Translations under genes and position numbers: made by a program
Shown: positions 1 to 10,912 of the stretch, one piece after another
How the letters are laid out: every line of letters starts with the position of its first letter
How positions within the stretch are numbered: the first letter of the stretch is position 1
Source: Octopus sinensis
Lineage: Eukaryota
Length of the DNA: 64,000 bases
Assembly (NCBI RefSeq): GCF_006345805.1
Contig: NC_043011.1
Coordinates: 48,062,464-48,126,463 of the forward strand
Reading direction: 5' to 3'
Notes under the pieces: generated by a model
The model's database searches: none
Seen by the model: the letters and a program-made list of their open reading frames with translations, nothing else
Told to the model about the DNA's origin: nothing

Positions 1-758
1 ATCTACCTTATTGTTCATGAACAATGGCTTGTGAATAATGGCGAGCGCCAGAACTAATAGCAATAGAACTTTGGTCAATTGGCAGTGATTAGTTGTTGTG
101 GTGACAGTTAATATGGATAGTCTATTCTTAGAGTTATCAAGGATGCTACAAGTGAGTTCAGTTAGTCTAGCCAGTTTAAAGCTTTAAGTAGATTCTCATA
201 AATTAAACTAATTCAGAAAGATGCTACTAAAAGTGAACCAAGATGATTAGACATAATGACTGCAATGGATGAGAATGAATGGTGTAAGGAGACCAGCGGT
301 AGCGTGGTGGTGGTAAAGTCATCTCTTTTGGTATATGTGTCTGAATGAAATGTGTGGTTTGTTTGAAGGAGAGCAGAGGAGACACAGGAAGAAATATTTA
401 ATGAATAGCATATGGTTCTTTAACAGACTAGGTGGAGTGGGACGGGTCTGATTGGTATGCAGGGATAGATAATCACGAACAGGTAGACAGGTGTATATAG
501 TTATGTGCATACCTACCTATCTGTTTATTTCTGTATGTGTGGGGGATGTGTGCATGTGCGCACGTGTGTGTCTGTGTGTGTGCTTCTTTTATCGTTATCT
601 TCAATTTGTTTCAGTCATGAGGCTATGACCATACTGGGGCATCTTCTTGAAGAATATTTGGTTGAAAGAATTGACTCCAGAACTTTTTTTTTAAGGTTGG
701 TACTTATTCTATCAGTCTCTTTTGCTGAACTGCTAATTTACAGAGATGTAAACATACA

Positions 759-1095
759 ATCATCATCATTGTTCGACCGTGGTCGAGACAGTGGAATTTA
801 CCATGCTACGAAAACTTCACAGTCCATCATGGCATTACGGAGGTCCTGTTGCTGGATGCCTGTATCCCTGGAGATTACATCAGGGTAGGAGAGTGTTCGC
901 CCTCTGGTATTGCGAGTAGATGGCTTTCAGAGGAGAAGAGTAGAAATTACTTCTTTTTCAGCTCTACAACAATGTCCAGCAAACTGGACTCTCCTACCTT
1001 TCACAAGAGATGACACAGGTGGTAGTTTCTCATATATTTGCATTTTGGTTGGATGGCGCTTCCACGAGAGAAACATATAAACTCTGGTGGATATA
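759..1095 (-). mobile_element. RTE-clade LINE 3' fragment (lineage G) with (GAT)n tail
   Basis: Minus translation FLSWKRHPTKMQIYEKLPPVSSLVKGRRVQFAGHCCRAEKEVISTLLL*KPS...VSTTVEQ* resembles an RTE RT C-terminus; the stop codon runs straight into TGATGATGAT. Near-identical shorter copy at 24845-25030. Confidence 0.8.
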
Positions 1096-1765
1096 TGTGT
1101 GTGCATGTGTTTAATTGGAGGTGCATGTATATGTTTGTGTGTGTGTGTGTGTGTATGTGTGTATGGACAAGTGTGTGTAGATATATAAAAAAAAAACATA
1201 GCTAAAATGAAGAATATTAAGCGGTAAGGAGGAGACAAATAAATAAAATACAGATAGTGGAAAAAAACAGAAATATAATAAAATGAAACAACAACTCTAT
1301 TTAGAGAATGTATACAAAGAAATGTGTACAATAGGAATAATTATGCCCAGAACAGAAGAGAATCTAACATTTTGATATACCTTTTATCAAGAACAAATAG
1401 AAATGAAAGAAATAAAATGCCAAAAATAATTCAAAGTAAATATTTGGTCGTGTTTTGATTAGATGGAAATCACCCCGTATTTTGTAATTTGAATTGTGAT
1501 GTTCATGCCTTCCATAGTGTCAAGTGAAAATGTAACCATCCTCTATGGAAGCTTTCTCAAACCTAAACTGTGACGCTAAAGTATCATTGGCAATCCTTAA
1601 TACATTACAATGAATCATAAAGATTAGCTTCAGGCTTTCCTAAAGAGGCTGCAAAAGAAACAACAACAACAAAATTACATTCTGCTTGATGAACTAATGA
1701 TGAGCTTTGACACAATAACCCAACCTGCTAAAAGTTGCATCTAAGTACCTCTTAAGTGATATTCT

Positions 1766-2181
1766 TATTTCTTTATTGCTCACAAGGGGTTAAACATAGA
1801 GGGGACAAATCAGGACAGACAAAGGGATTAAGGCGATTACATCGACACCAGTGCGTAACTGGTACTTAATTTATCGACCTCGAAAGGATGAAAGGCAAAG
1901 TCAACCTCAGTGGAATTTGAACTCAGACTGTAATGGCAGACGAATACCTATTCCTTTACTGCCTACAAGGGGCTACACACAGAGGAGACAAACAAGGACA
2001 GACAAACAGATTAAGTCGATTATATCGACCCCAGTGCGTAATTGGTACTTAGTTAATTGACCACAAAAGAATGAAAGGCAAAGTCGACTTTGGCGGAATT
2101 TGAACTCAGAACGTAACAGCAGACGAAATACTGCTAAGCATTTTGCCCGGCGTGCTAACATTTCTGCCAGCTCACCACCTT
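1766..2181 (-). mobile_element. Two nested/tandem copies of tRNA-derived SINE family F
   Basis: Core GTCGACTTTGCCTTTCATCCTTTCGGGGTCGATAAATTAAGTACCAG and B-box GAGTTCAAATTC on the minus strand, A-rich tail; about 18 copies or fragments in the window. Confidence 0.85.
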
Positions 2182-2364
2182 ATTAAGCCATATTCTAATA
2201 TGTAAATATAGGAGACATTGGATAATGCAATCCTATGTACACTAAAACTAGCAGTGGATGGTCTCAGCTGGAGTGTCTTTGATCATGGGTCTACTATGTA
2301 GGGTCTGGCTTGGAGAAAAATTTAACAACAATCTTCTATTTGATTTCAACTAATCATAACCATC

Positions 2365-2585
2365 AATCTATCCATCCATCCACCCACCCATTCATTTATC
2401 CACAGGGTCACGGGAGGAGAGTTCTCAAATATCTCCTCTAAAGAGTCTTATCAGAACCATCTATCATTACAGTTGTGAGCTGTATTCTCAAGCATAACCA
2501 ACCAAGACTATGGATGTTATCGAACCATCTTGTTCTCAGCCTACTCCAAGGTCTCCAGCCAGTTGGCTCAGCTAACATATGCATA
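2365..2585 (-). mobile_element. Decayed Rex3/Expander-like RTE 3' end with (GGAT)n-like tail
   Basis: Minus translation AEPTGWRPWSRLRTRWFDNIHSLGWLCLRI...LRTLLP*P resembles the Rex3-type PTGRRPRGRPRTRW...LLPPRP end; followed by GGATGG repeats. Confidence 0.55.
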
Positions 2586-2635
2586 CAGTTGATTTTTAAT
2601 CAAACCCAATATATGACTGGTATTAATTTTATCAG

Positions 2636-2885
2636 TGGAGGCATGTGGCTTAGTGGTAAGGTTGTCAGCACCATGATTGTAAGATTGTGGTTTCAATTCC
2701 TGGACCGGGCGACGCGTTGTGTTTTTGAGCAAGACACTTCATTTCATGTTGCTCCAGTCCACTCAGCTGGCAAAAATGAGTAACGCTACGATGGACTGGT
2801 GTCCCGTCCAGCTGGGGAACACATATACCATAGAAACCGGGAAACCGGGCCCATGAACCTGGCTAGGCTTTAAAAGGGTGCATTT
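2636..2885 (+). mobile_element. tRNA-derived SINE family A
   Basis: A-box TGGCTTAGTGG, B-box-like GTTTCAATTCC, core TTGAGCAAGACACTT...CACTCAGCTG, tail ending GGCTTTAAAAGGGTGCATTT; second copy at 4505-4745. Confidence 0.85.
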
Positions 2886-3470
2886 ATTTTATTTTATTTA
2901 TTTTATCAAACCTGGAAGAATGATGGGTAAAGTCTACCTTAGCTGGTTTTAGTTACAAGTCTCCAAGTGACAAGGAAATACCATTTTTCTTCTCACTGAT
3001 GTTTATATCCCTCACTGAAAAGTCAGTCATACCAAGAAAAATCTTTAACCCTAGGTCCAATTGTTCATGGCTGATCTTTATGTGACTAAACAATAACAAC
3101 AATAACAACAACAATAATATAAATAAGAAAGCATTTATTTTTAATGACCGACTAGTAAATTCCAGGCAGGGATTTGAACTGAAATCCTAACCAACTGCTC
3201 GTTAAATTTCTCATTTTCAATCAATGATATAACACAAGTTACATAAGTTCAGAGAAATTAAAGTTTGGATAAAAATAAAAACAACTAAATAAAATAGACT
3301 TGATGAAGTGTGAAGCATGAATAATTAATCCATTGATTAATGGATTTTTACTTCGTTCTTCTTTTGTTAATATCAAAACTAATTACATTATAACTTTTAG
3401 AAAAAGACATGAATAATAAAGAATTGTTGGCCGTTTTTATAAATATAAAACAAACTGGAAAATGTACTAG

Positions 3471-3471
3471 C

Positions 3472-3542
<71 letters not shown>

Positions 3543-3578
3543 AAGAAGAAATTCTTCTTCTTTTTCTTCTTCTGTTTA

Positions 3579-3639
<61 letters not shown>

Positions 3640-3650
3640 CATTATCATAA
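3471..3650. repeat. Compound microsatellite (AAT)n-(AAG)n-(TTA)n
   Basis: Direct reading. Confidence 0.95.
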
Positions 3651-4082
3651 TCATCGTTGGGTTATTTTAGGGTGAATTATTTTTGGATTTATATATTTTT
3701 AATGCCTTTTTTTTTTCCATCTCTGATTTGTATTTCTTCACTGAAAGTAAGACATTTTTTTTCTTTTTTTTTATTATCTCTTTATTTATTTATTTATTTA
3801 TTTTTCTATTTTTAAAAATTTTTTTTGAAGAAGAAATTACTAATTTACTATAACTGGAAAAGTCTTTATGAATTATAACGCTTTACTTGTTTCACATATT
3901 CGATTGGCGTCAATATTAAATTCCTTTTTTTGTTAATTTATTATTATCGATTCCATTTTTTTTTCCTTAATTTCTGGAAATTATTTTGAAATAACTAAAA
4001 TATCTTTACAACAATGAAAAAATAAATAATAGACATATATATATATATATATTATATATATATATATATATAATATATATAC

Positions 4083-4130
<48 letters not shown>

Positions 4131-4425
4131 ATATGATTTCTTTGTAGTTTAAATCAAAGTGTCTTATTAACTAAATGAATTGTTCTAATTTTGTGGTTAG
4201 CAGAGTGTTCTGAAAATTTTGTAGTGCAAATGTCCCTAATGAATACATTTCATTACACTCATAGAAGGTCAGCTTAACCAAGAATCTGAAAACCCAACTT
4301 CCATAGTCTGCATATTTTGATTTTCACATCACCTACACCATTTTAAGCAGTTTACTATGCAAAGGGTTCAAGCTCATCCGTTCCTTCTCTGTTTACTAAA
4401 AGCATAAACCAAATCTCCCTTTCAG

Positions 4426-4452
4426 TAGTTAAAGATTATCTTACTCCCCATA
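4426..4452 (+). CDS. Candidate 27-nt microexon (xVKDYLTPH, phase 1)
   Basis: AAATCTCCCTTTCAG acceptor, GTAAGT donor, frame-preserving. Confidence 0.25.
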
Positions 4453-4504
4453 GTAAGTGCCAACACGTCATTATTAATAATGCATTGGTTATTGTTATCA
4501 TAGT

Positions 4505-4745
4505 TGGAGGCACCTGGCTTAGTGGTTAGGGTGTCAGCATCATGATTGTAAGATTGTTGTTTCAATTCCTGGACTGGGCGATGCGTTGTGTTCTTGAGCA
4601 AAACACTTCAATTCACGTTGCCCCAATCCACTCAGCTGGCAAAAATGAGTAACGCTGTGATGGACTGATGTCCCGTCCAGCTGGGGAACACATACACCAT
4701 TGAAACCGGGCCCATGAACCTGGCAAGGCTTTAAAAGGGTGCATT
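4505..4745 (+). mobile_element. tRNA-derived SINE family A, second copy
   Basis: Full-length match to 2636-2885. Confidence 0.85.
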
Positions 4746-5252
4746 TATTTTTTGTATTGTTATCATAGACAATCAGACTATGACCAAAGGTGTTCTGACG
4801 ATGACTATCACATTGTCATTTTTTAAAAAGATATATGTCTAAGACTACAATTATCACCATCATCATCATCATCATCATCATCGTTTAATGTCCATTATCC
4901 ATGCTGGCATGGGTTGGATGGTTTGACATGACCAGACAAGCCACCTGAAGAAGATTGGTGGGTAGGTGGGTGGATGAATGGCTGGATGGATGCATCGATG
5001 GGTGGATGGAGGGATGGATGGATGGAGGAAGAGATGGTTACTCTTTTACTCTTTTACTCTTTTGTTTCAGTCATTTGACTGCGGCCATGCTGGAGCACCG
5101 CCTTTAGTTGAGCAAATCGACCCCGGGACTTATTCTTTGTAAGCCCAGTGCTTATTCTACCGGTCTCTTTTGCCAAACCTGCTAAGTGACGGGGACGTAA
5201 ACACACCAGCATCGGTTGTCAAGCAATGCTAGGGGGACAAACACACACACAT

Positions 5253-5309
<57 letters not shown>

Positions 5310-5404
5310 TATACGACAGGCTTTGTTAGAAGTTCTTGTTAATTAGTTAAAATCAAACAGAAGATGGTTGCTTGAATTTTTCTCCAAGTCAGACTCTGTA
5401 TAGC

Positions 5405-5790
5405 TGACCCAGCTGGATGTCCTTTCTAGTGCCAACCACTCTACAGAGCGTACTGGGTGCCTTTAATGTGACACTGACACAAGCACTTTTACATAGCAAT
5501 AACACCTGCACTTTTATGTGGCACCAGCATGGTTGCTTTTATATAGCACCAGCACCCATGAGCCTGCAAGACAAGGATCTCTCAGCTAAGAGAGGGTTGT
5601 AGAGGACATGCCTATATGCATAGATGGCCACAATTTGACTTACTTTGATAGGTTTTCTCAAGCAGAGCAAACCGTCAAAAGTCACAGTCCCTTGTCACCA
5701 CCTCTGTAAGGCCCAAATACTGAAGATCCTTTCTCACCACTTCATCCCACGACTTCCTGGGTTTATCCCTTCCATATGTTCATTACATTT
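5405..5790 (-). mobile_element. Older copy of main RTE LINE 3' end
   Basis: Minus reads TYGRDKPRKSWDEVVRKDLQYLGLTE, homologous to TCGRGRPRKTWDEVVKHDLRTLGLTE at 10262-10873; 3' UTR motifs present. Confidence 0.7.
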
Positions 5791-5804
5791 TTAAAGGTTG
5801 AAGG

Positions 5805-6305
5805 GAATGAGACGCGAGTCATGGCCGATGAGGGTGGAAGATATTAAGCAACTAGAATCCTTCGATGAACTCTGTCTACACCGCATACTTCGTGTCCGAT
5901 GGCATCACTTTGTCTCCAACAATTCAGTGTAACACCAGTGCAAAATCTCCTCCCTCCGACAAGTCATCCTAATGAGACATCTGCATTAGCTGGGTCATGC
6001 CCTCCGTCATCAACCAGGAGAATTCATCTTCGAAGCAATTGCCCCAGCTTCCCCTCAGGGTTGGCGAAAGTGATGTGGTGGACAAAGAAAAACCTGGCTG
6101 ATGACAGTCAAGGCTGATCTGGAACCCAACCTAGGCCCCCATGTCTACAGCGTTCGCCGCTGGAATAAAGAGTGGTTGGAGATCACGCGGTTGTTAGCCT
6201 CAAATCACCAGGCCTGGTCAGCATTTGTGAGAGATGCAGCATTGCAGATGAATGAAGCCAGCTCAACCCACTCCGGGTGAATGCTGTCTCAAGCAAGCAA
6301 GCAAG
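5805..6305 (+). mobile_element. RTE/BovB-like LINE 3' fragment with (CAAG)n tail
   Basis: Reads WPMRVEDIKQLESFDELCLHRILRVRWHHFVSN...LGHALRH...GGQRKTWLMTVKADL...AWSAFVRDA...STHSG* with in-frame stops; ends CAAGCAAGCAAGCAAG. Confidence 0.8.
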
Positions 6306-7284
6306 GGAATGAGATGAAGTGGATTTGACTGTTATTTCTAGCCCAACGTCCATATAAGAATCTGCTTCATTATACGATATGATTCCAATCACATGAATCA
6401 ACTAGAATATCTAAAAACCATCAGATACTTCAGAGATTTTTCAATAAAAACAAGAGAAATTACCAGAAATAGTCAATAACCTGCCACAGCCATGGAATAT
6501 CAGGACTGATAAATTATTATTCCGTTTAGGTGGTAGTAATGGTGGTGGAGAACAGTTATCTTGTCCCAAAATAAAGGTCAGCTCTATATCTAGATAATGT
6601 CTTCTAAAAACGATCCACTAATACAATGGGAAATGTAAATAATGAGAGAGCATGCATTTCTGGACCGCTTTATATTGCAGCATGTCAGATCTGTCGTTCC
6701 ATAATCTACAGATTTATGTAATTCTCGGACATATTCCTCGTCAGTTATTGAATTTACATTATAAATATGTTATATAAGGTCTTCTACCAACATGGAATTA
6801 ACCCTTAATATTCAAATGGAACTAAAAGACTTGGCTACCAGCAATGGTTAGGAATAATCAATTGAAAAAAAAACAAATGGCCTTTTTCTTTATATTTTCA
6901 AAAATTTGAATCAATATTATGTAGCAGTTGTTACTATTCTCTGGTGCTGTGAGCATAGCAATAATTATTCAAACTTGTTATCAAATGCATTCTCAGAGTG
7001 GCCATCCATCATGTGAGAATTGGTGTGCTATAAGTTAATCTCACCATGTCCATAGTATCTGCCACAAGGTTAAAATCTTCTTTGATAAATAAGCGCTCTA
7101 TAATATATTATATTTGCTATATTCTGCTAACAAGGATTAGGTTAATACCATTATCCAGTGTTGCCTGTGAAATAAGAAATAAGAAATAAGGAACTACAGA
7201 AACGAAGTCTTCAAGTATGGGATTAGGAGTACTAAAAGATAATAAAGAACACACCCATATATATGTTTTGGAGCTGGTGCCATG

Positions 7285-7500
7285 TAAAAAGCACTAAGTA
7301 CACTCTGTAAAGTGGTTTACATTAGGAAGGGCATCCAGTTGTAGAAACCGTGCTGAAACGGAGGACCAGAGTCTGGTGTCACGTTCCATCTTTTGCCAGC
7401 TGCTGTCACATCGGCCAACCCATGCCAGCACGGAAAACAGGCTTTAAATGATGATGATGATTATGACGACGATGATGACGATGACAGCGATGATTGTTAC
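7285..7500 (+). mobile_element. Main RTE LINE 3' UTR remnant with (GAT)n tail
   Basis: TTAGGAAGGGCATCCAG...CCAACCCATGCCAGCA...TTTAAATGATGATG; similar remnants at 4853-4935, 11700-11995, 17870-18069, 19960-20355, 24597-24832, 25128-25497 and 25820-25937. Confidence 0.8.
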
Positions 7501-7632
7501 ACGTCATTGTCTTGTTTGTCATCATTCACTGTGGCAATGATATCATCATCATCAACATTATCGTTGTCATCATCATCATCACTTTTATAAATCCTTTAGC
7601 ATGGCTTCTGGTCTTAATTAGGTACATAACTA

Positions 7633-7676
<44 letters not shown>

Positions 7677-7680
<4 letters not shown>

Positions 7681-8215
7681 CATATGACTGCAAGCAAGCT
7701 CCTTTGGACTTTGGAACTGTCAGCATCCTTTTCTGCAGGATGTCGAGTTTCAAGTAGCGTTGGTTTTTGTAAGGCTACAATATCAGGTGATACAACGTAG
7801 CATTGTAAACTTGTTAGGAATGGAGCCAAAAGCTCCAATTACTATTGGCACAAATTTGGTTTGTGTGTTTCACATTCTTGAGATTCTAGTCGGAGCTCTG
7901 AATAGTTATCAACTTTCCCCGCTCCTTGTTAGCTAAATTAAAGTTACCTGGAATGGCGACATCTATAATGCAACATTTTTGATCTCTCTTTCTCTTTCAC
8001 AATGATTTCTGGGTTTTTTATGTTGGTCTTTTACTTTATTTGTACTTAAAAATCCCACCAAATTCTTGCATTTTCTAATATTCTGTCAGACAATATGTCG
8101 GTACCATTCCAAGCCTGCCTTGTCTAGTGCACCAGTGCAGAAGTAAAACACACTATATTATGGCAACTTATGTTCTCCTTCAGCATAAGCATTTTAAGGG
8201 TACCTATAACATGGA
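7677..8215 (-). mobile_element. REL-endonuclease (R4/Dong-like) non-LTR retrotransposon 3' fragment, decayed
   Basis: Frameshifted minus translation IWWDF..Q....KPEIIVKEKER..CCIIDVAIPG..N...KE..K...Y.EL...VPIVIGAFG...LQK..LLET matches the PD-(D/E)xK C-terminal domain; the 3' end abuts (GA)n. Confidence 0.7.
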
Positions 8216-8243
8216 CAGTAGTAGTAGTAGTAGTAGTAGTAGT

Positions 8244-8292
<49 letters not shown>

Positions 8293-8653
8293 CAGCAGCA
8301 GCTGTAGTAGTAGTAGTAGTTGTTGTTGTTGTTATGAGTTTTTCTATTTTCAATAATTTTGTTTCCATTTTGTGCCAAGTGCCTTCTCGACACCTAGGGA
8401 AAAGTAACTCTCTCCATAGATTGATGAGTCATTAAAAAAAACACTCTAGATTGTGCATTTACAAAATCAAATAAAGTTATGCAGAAAATAAAATATGATT
8501 TACATAGAAGATAATCATTATTATTTTATTTTAATTTAATTCAGGTTTTGTTGGAACTCCTGGAGTCTTGTATGCATAATAGGCTTGCCACCTGCAGCCT
8601 ACAGTACCATGCTATCCGTTCTTTTCAATTGTCTAATACTTTCCTGATTCTTC

Positions 8654-9096
8654 TTATTATTATTTTATGTTTGACTTTTGCTTTGCATTTATACAAGTTG
8701 GCTCCAAGTCTCACCCAGAGATCTCAAGAGACAACAAGTTGGAAGTTCATGTTAGCGTTATGCCTAGGGTGCCATATATTTGGTTTTGTACATAGTGTTG
8801 TTCTAGAGAATCTTTAAGAAACCATAAGAACATTATGAGTTTGTTATAAAACTTGAGATTACATAGAAAGTATTTTGCGTAGGATATGGGCAGTCCCCAT
8901 GAGTACTATCTTTTGAATTTCTACCATTTTGGGGTTTCCTGGTATCTGAGCTAGGTAGCAATCAGCCCTTTTGCTATCATTCCTAGGGCACCTATGACAA
9001 CAGGTATTGTTTTAGTCTTTAGGCTCCATATTTTGCTAATTTCTATTTCAAGATCTTTATATTTGCTCAATTTTTGGTAGGTCTTGACACATACGT
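8654..9096 (-). mobile_element. R4/Dong-like LINE, 5'-truncated, embedded in (TAA)n
   Basis: Minus reads QKLSKYKDLEIEISKIWSLKTKTIPVVIGALGMIAKG(frameshift)..QIPGNPKMVEIQKIVLMGTAHILRKILSM* plus 3' UTR; (TAA)n on both sides. Confidence 0.85.
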
Positions 9097-9647
9097 TTAT
9101 TATTATTATTATTATTGTTATTATTATTATTATTATTATTATTTGAGTTCCATTTCTGCCGAGGTTGATTTTTGCCTTTCATCCTTTCAGGGTCGATAAA
9201 GTATGTACCAGTTGAACACTAGGGTCAATATAATCAACCCTGAACTTGCTGGCCCTGTGCCAAAATTTGAAACCATCATCATCATCGTCGTCGTCGTCAA
9301 CGTCGTCGTCATCATCATCATCATCATCATTGTCATCATCACCATCACCATTATCATTATTATCGTACACTTGTATCAACGTTTTTCAATCTTTTTTTTA
9401 CACAATATTACACAATATTATCGTTCTTTATATTATTATTTCTCAAATCATTCAATCAAAAAACAACCCAAAAAATAAGGTGCAGGATTGGCTGTGTGGT
9501 AAGTAGCTTGCTTACCAACCACATGGCTCCAGGTTTAGTCCCGGTGCATGGAACCTTGGGCAAGTGTCTTCTACTATAGCCTCGGGCCAACCAAAGACTT
9601 GTAAGTGGATTTGGTAGACGGAAACTGAAAGAAGCTCATCGTATATA

Positions 9648-10870
9648 TCATCATCATCATCATCATCATCATTTAGCGTCCGTTTTCCATGCTAGCATGG
9701 GTTGGACGGTTCTACAGGGGTCTGTGAAGCCAGAAGGCTTCATCAGGCCCAGTCAAATCTGGCAGTGTTTCTACGGCTGGATGCCCTTCCTAACGCCAAC
9801 CACTCCGTGAGTGTAGTGGGTGCTTTTTACGTGCCACCCGCACTGGTGCCAGACAGAGCTGGCAAACGGCCACGAACGGATGGTGCTTTTTATGTGCCAC
9901 CGGCACGAGGGCCAGGCGAGGCTGGCAACGGACGCGAAACGGGGCGGTGCTGGCAACGGTCGCGAAACGGAAAGTTCTCTTACATGCCACCGGCACTGGT
10001 AACACATCTGCAATTTCCATTGATCGATTTCCATTGATCGATTTCGATTCTGATCCTCACTTGCCTCAATGGGTCTTCACAAGCAGAGTTTCGACATGCC
10101 ACCGGCACTGGTAGCACATCCGCAATTTCCATTGATCGATTTCGATTCTGATCCTCACTTGCCTCAACACGTCTTCACAAGTAGAATTTTGTGTCCCAAG
10201 AAGGGAAGGTATGCATACGTAGGCTGGCTCCATCCCATGTAGAAGGCCACGGGTTGTGGACTCACTTGTCCTGCCGGGTCTTCTCGCGCACAGCACACTT
10301 CCAGAGGTCTCGGTCTCTAGTCATTTTCTCAGTGAGACCTAAAGTTCGAAGGTCGTGCTTCACCACCTCGTCCCAGGTTTTCCTGGGTCTGCCTCTTCCA
10401 CAGGTTCCCTCAACCGCTAGGGTGTGGCACTTTTTCACACAACTATCTTCATCCATTCTCGCCACATGACCATACCAGCGCAAACGTCTCTCTTGCACAC
10501 CACAACTGATGCTTCTTAGGTCCAGCTTTTCTCTCAAGGTACTTACACTCTGCCGAGTGTGAGTACCGGCATTACACATCCATCGGAGCATATTGGCTTC
10601 ATTTCTAGCGAGCTTACGCATATCCTCAGCAGTCACGGCCCATGTTTCCCTGCCATGTAGCATGGCTGTTCGTACACACGCATCATACAGTCTGCCTTTC
10701 ACTCTGTGCGAGAGGCCTTTTGTCACCAGCAGAGGTAAGAGCTCTCTGAACTTTGCCCAAGCTATTCTTACTCTAGCAGTTACACTTTCAGCACACCCGC
10801 CCCCGCTGCTGACTTGGTCACCTAGGTAACGGAAACTATCAACTATTTCTAGTTTTTCTCCCTGGAAAGT

Positions 10871-10873
<3 letters not shown>
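9648..10873 (-). mobile_element. Young 5'-truncated RTE-clade LINE (main family) with (GAT)n tail
   Basis: Open RT C-terminal frame, about 600-nt modular 3' UTR, (GAT)n tail, inserted in a (TA)n run. Confidence 0.92.
10262..10873 (-). CDS. RTE LINE ORF C-terminal fragment (RT end/thumb), no native start
   Basis: LEIVDSFRYLGDQVS...RVRIAWAKFREL...LYDACVRTAMLHG.ETW...RRLRWYGHVARM...GRGRPRKTW; the ORF-track N-terminus (10874-10966) is SINE/microsatellite read-through. Confidence 0.85.
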
Positions 10874-10912
<39 letters not shown>

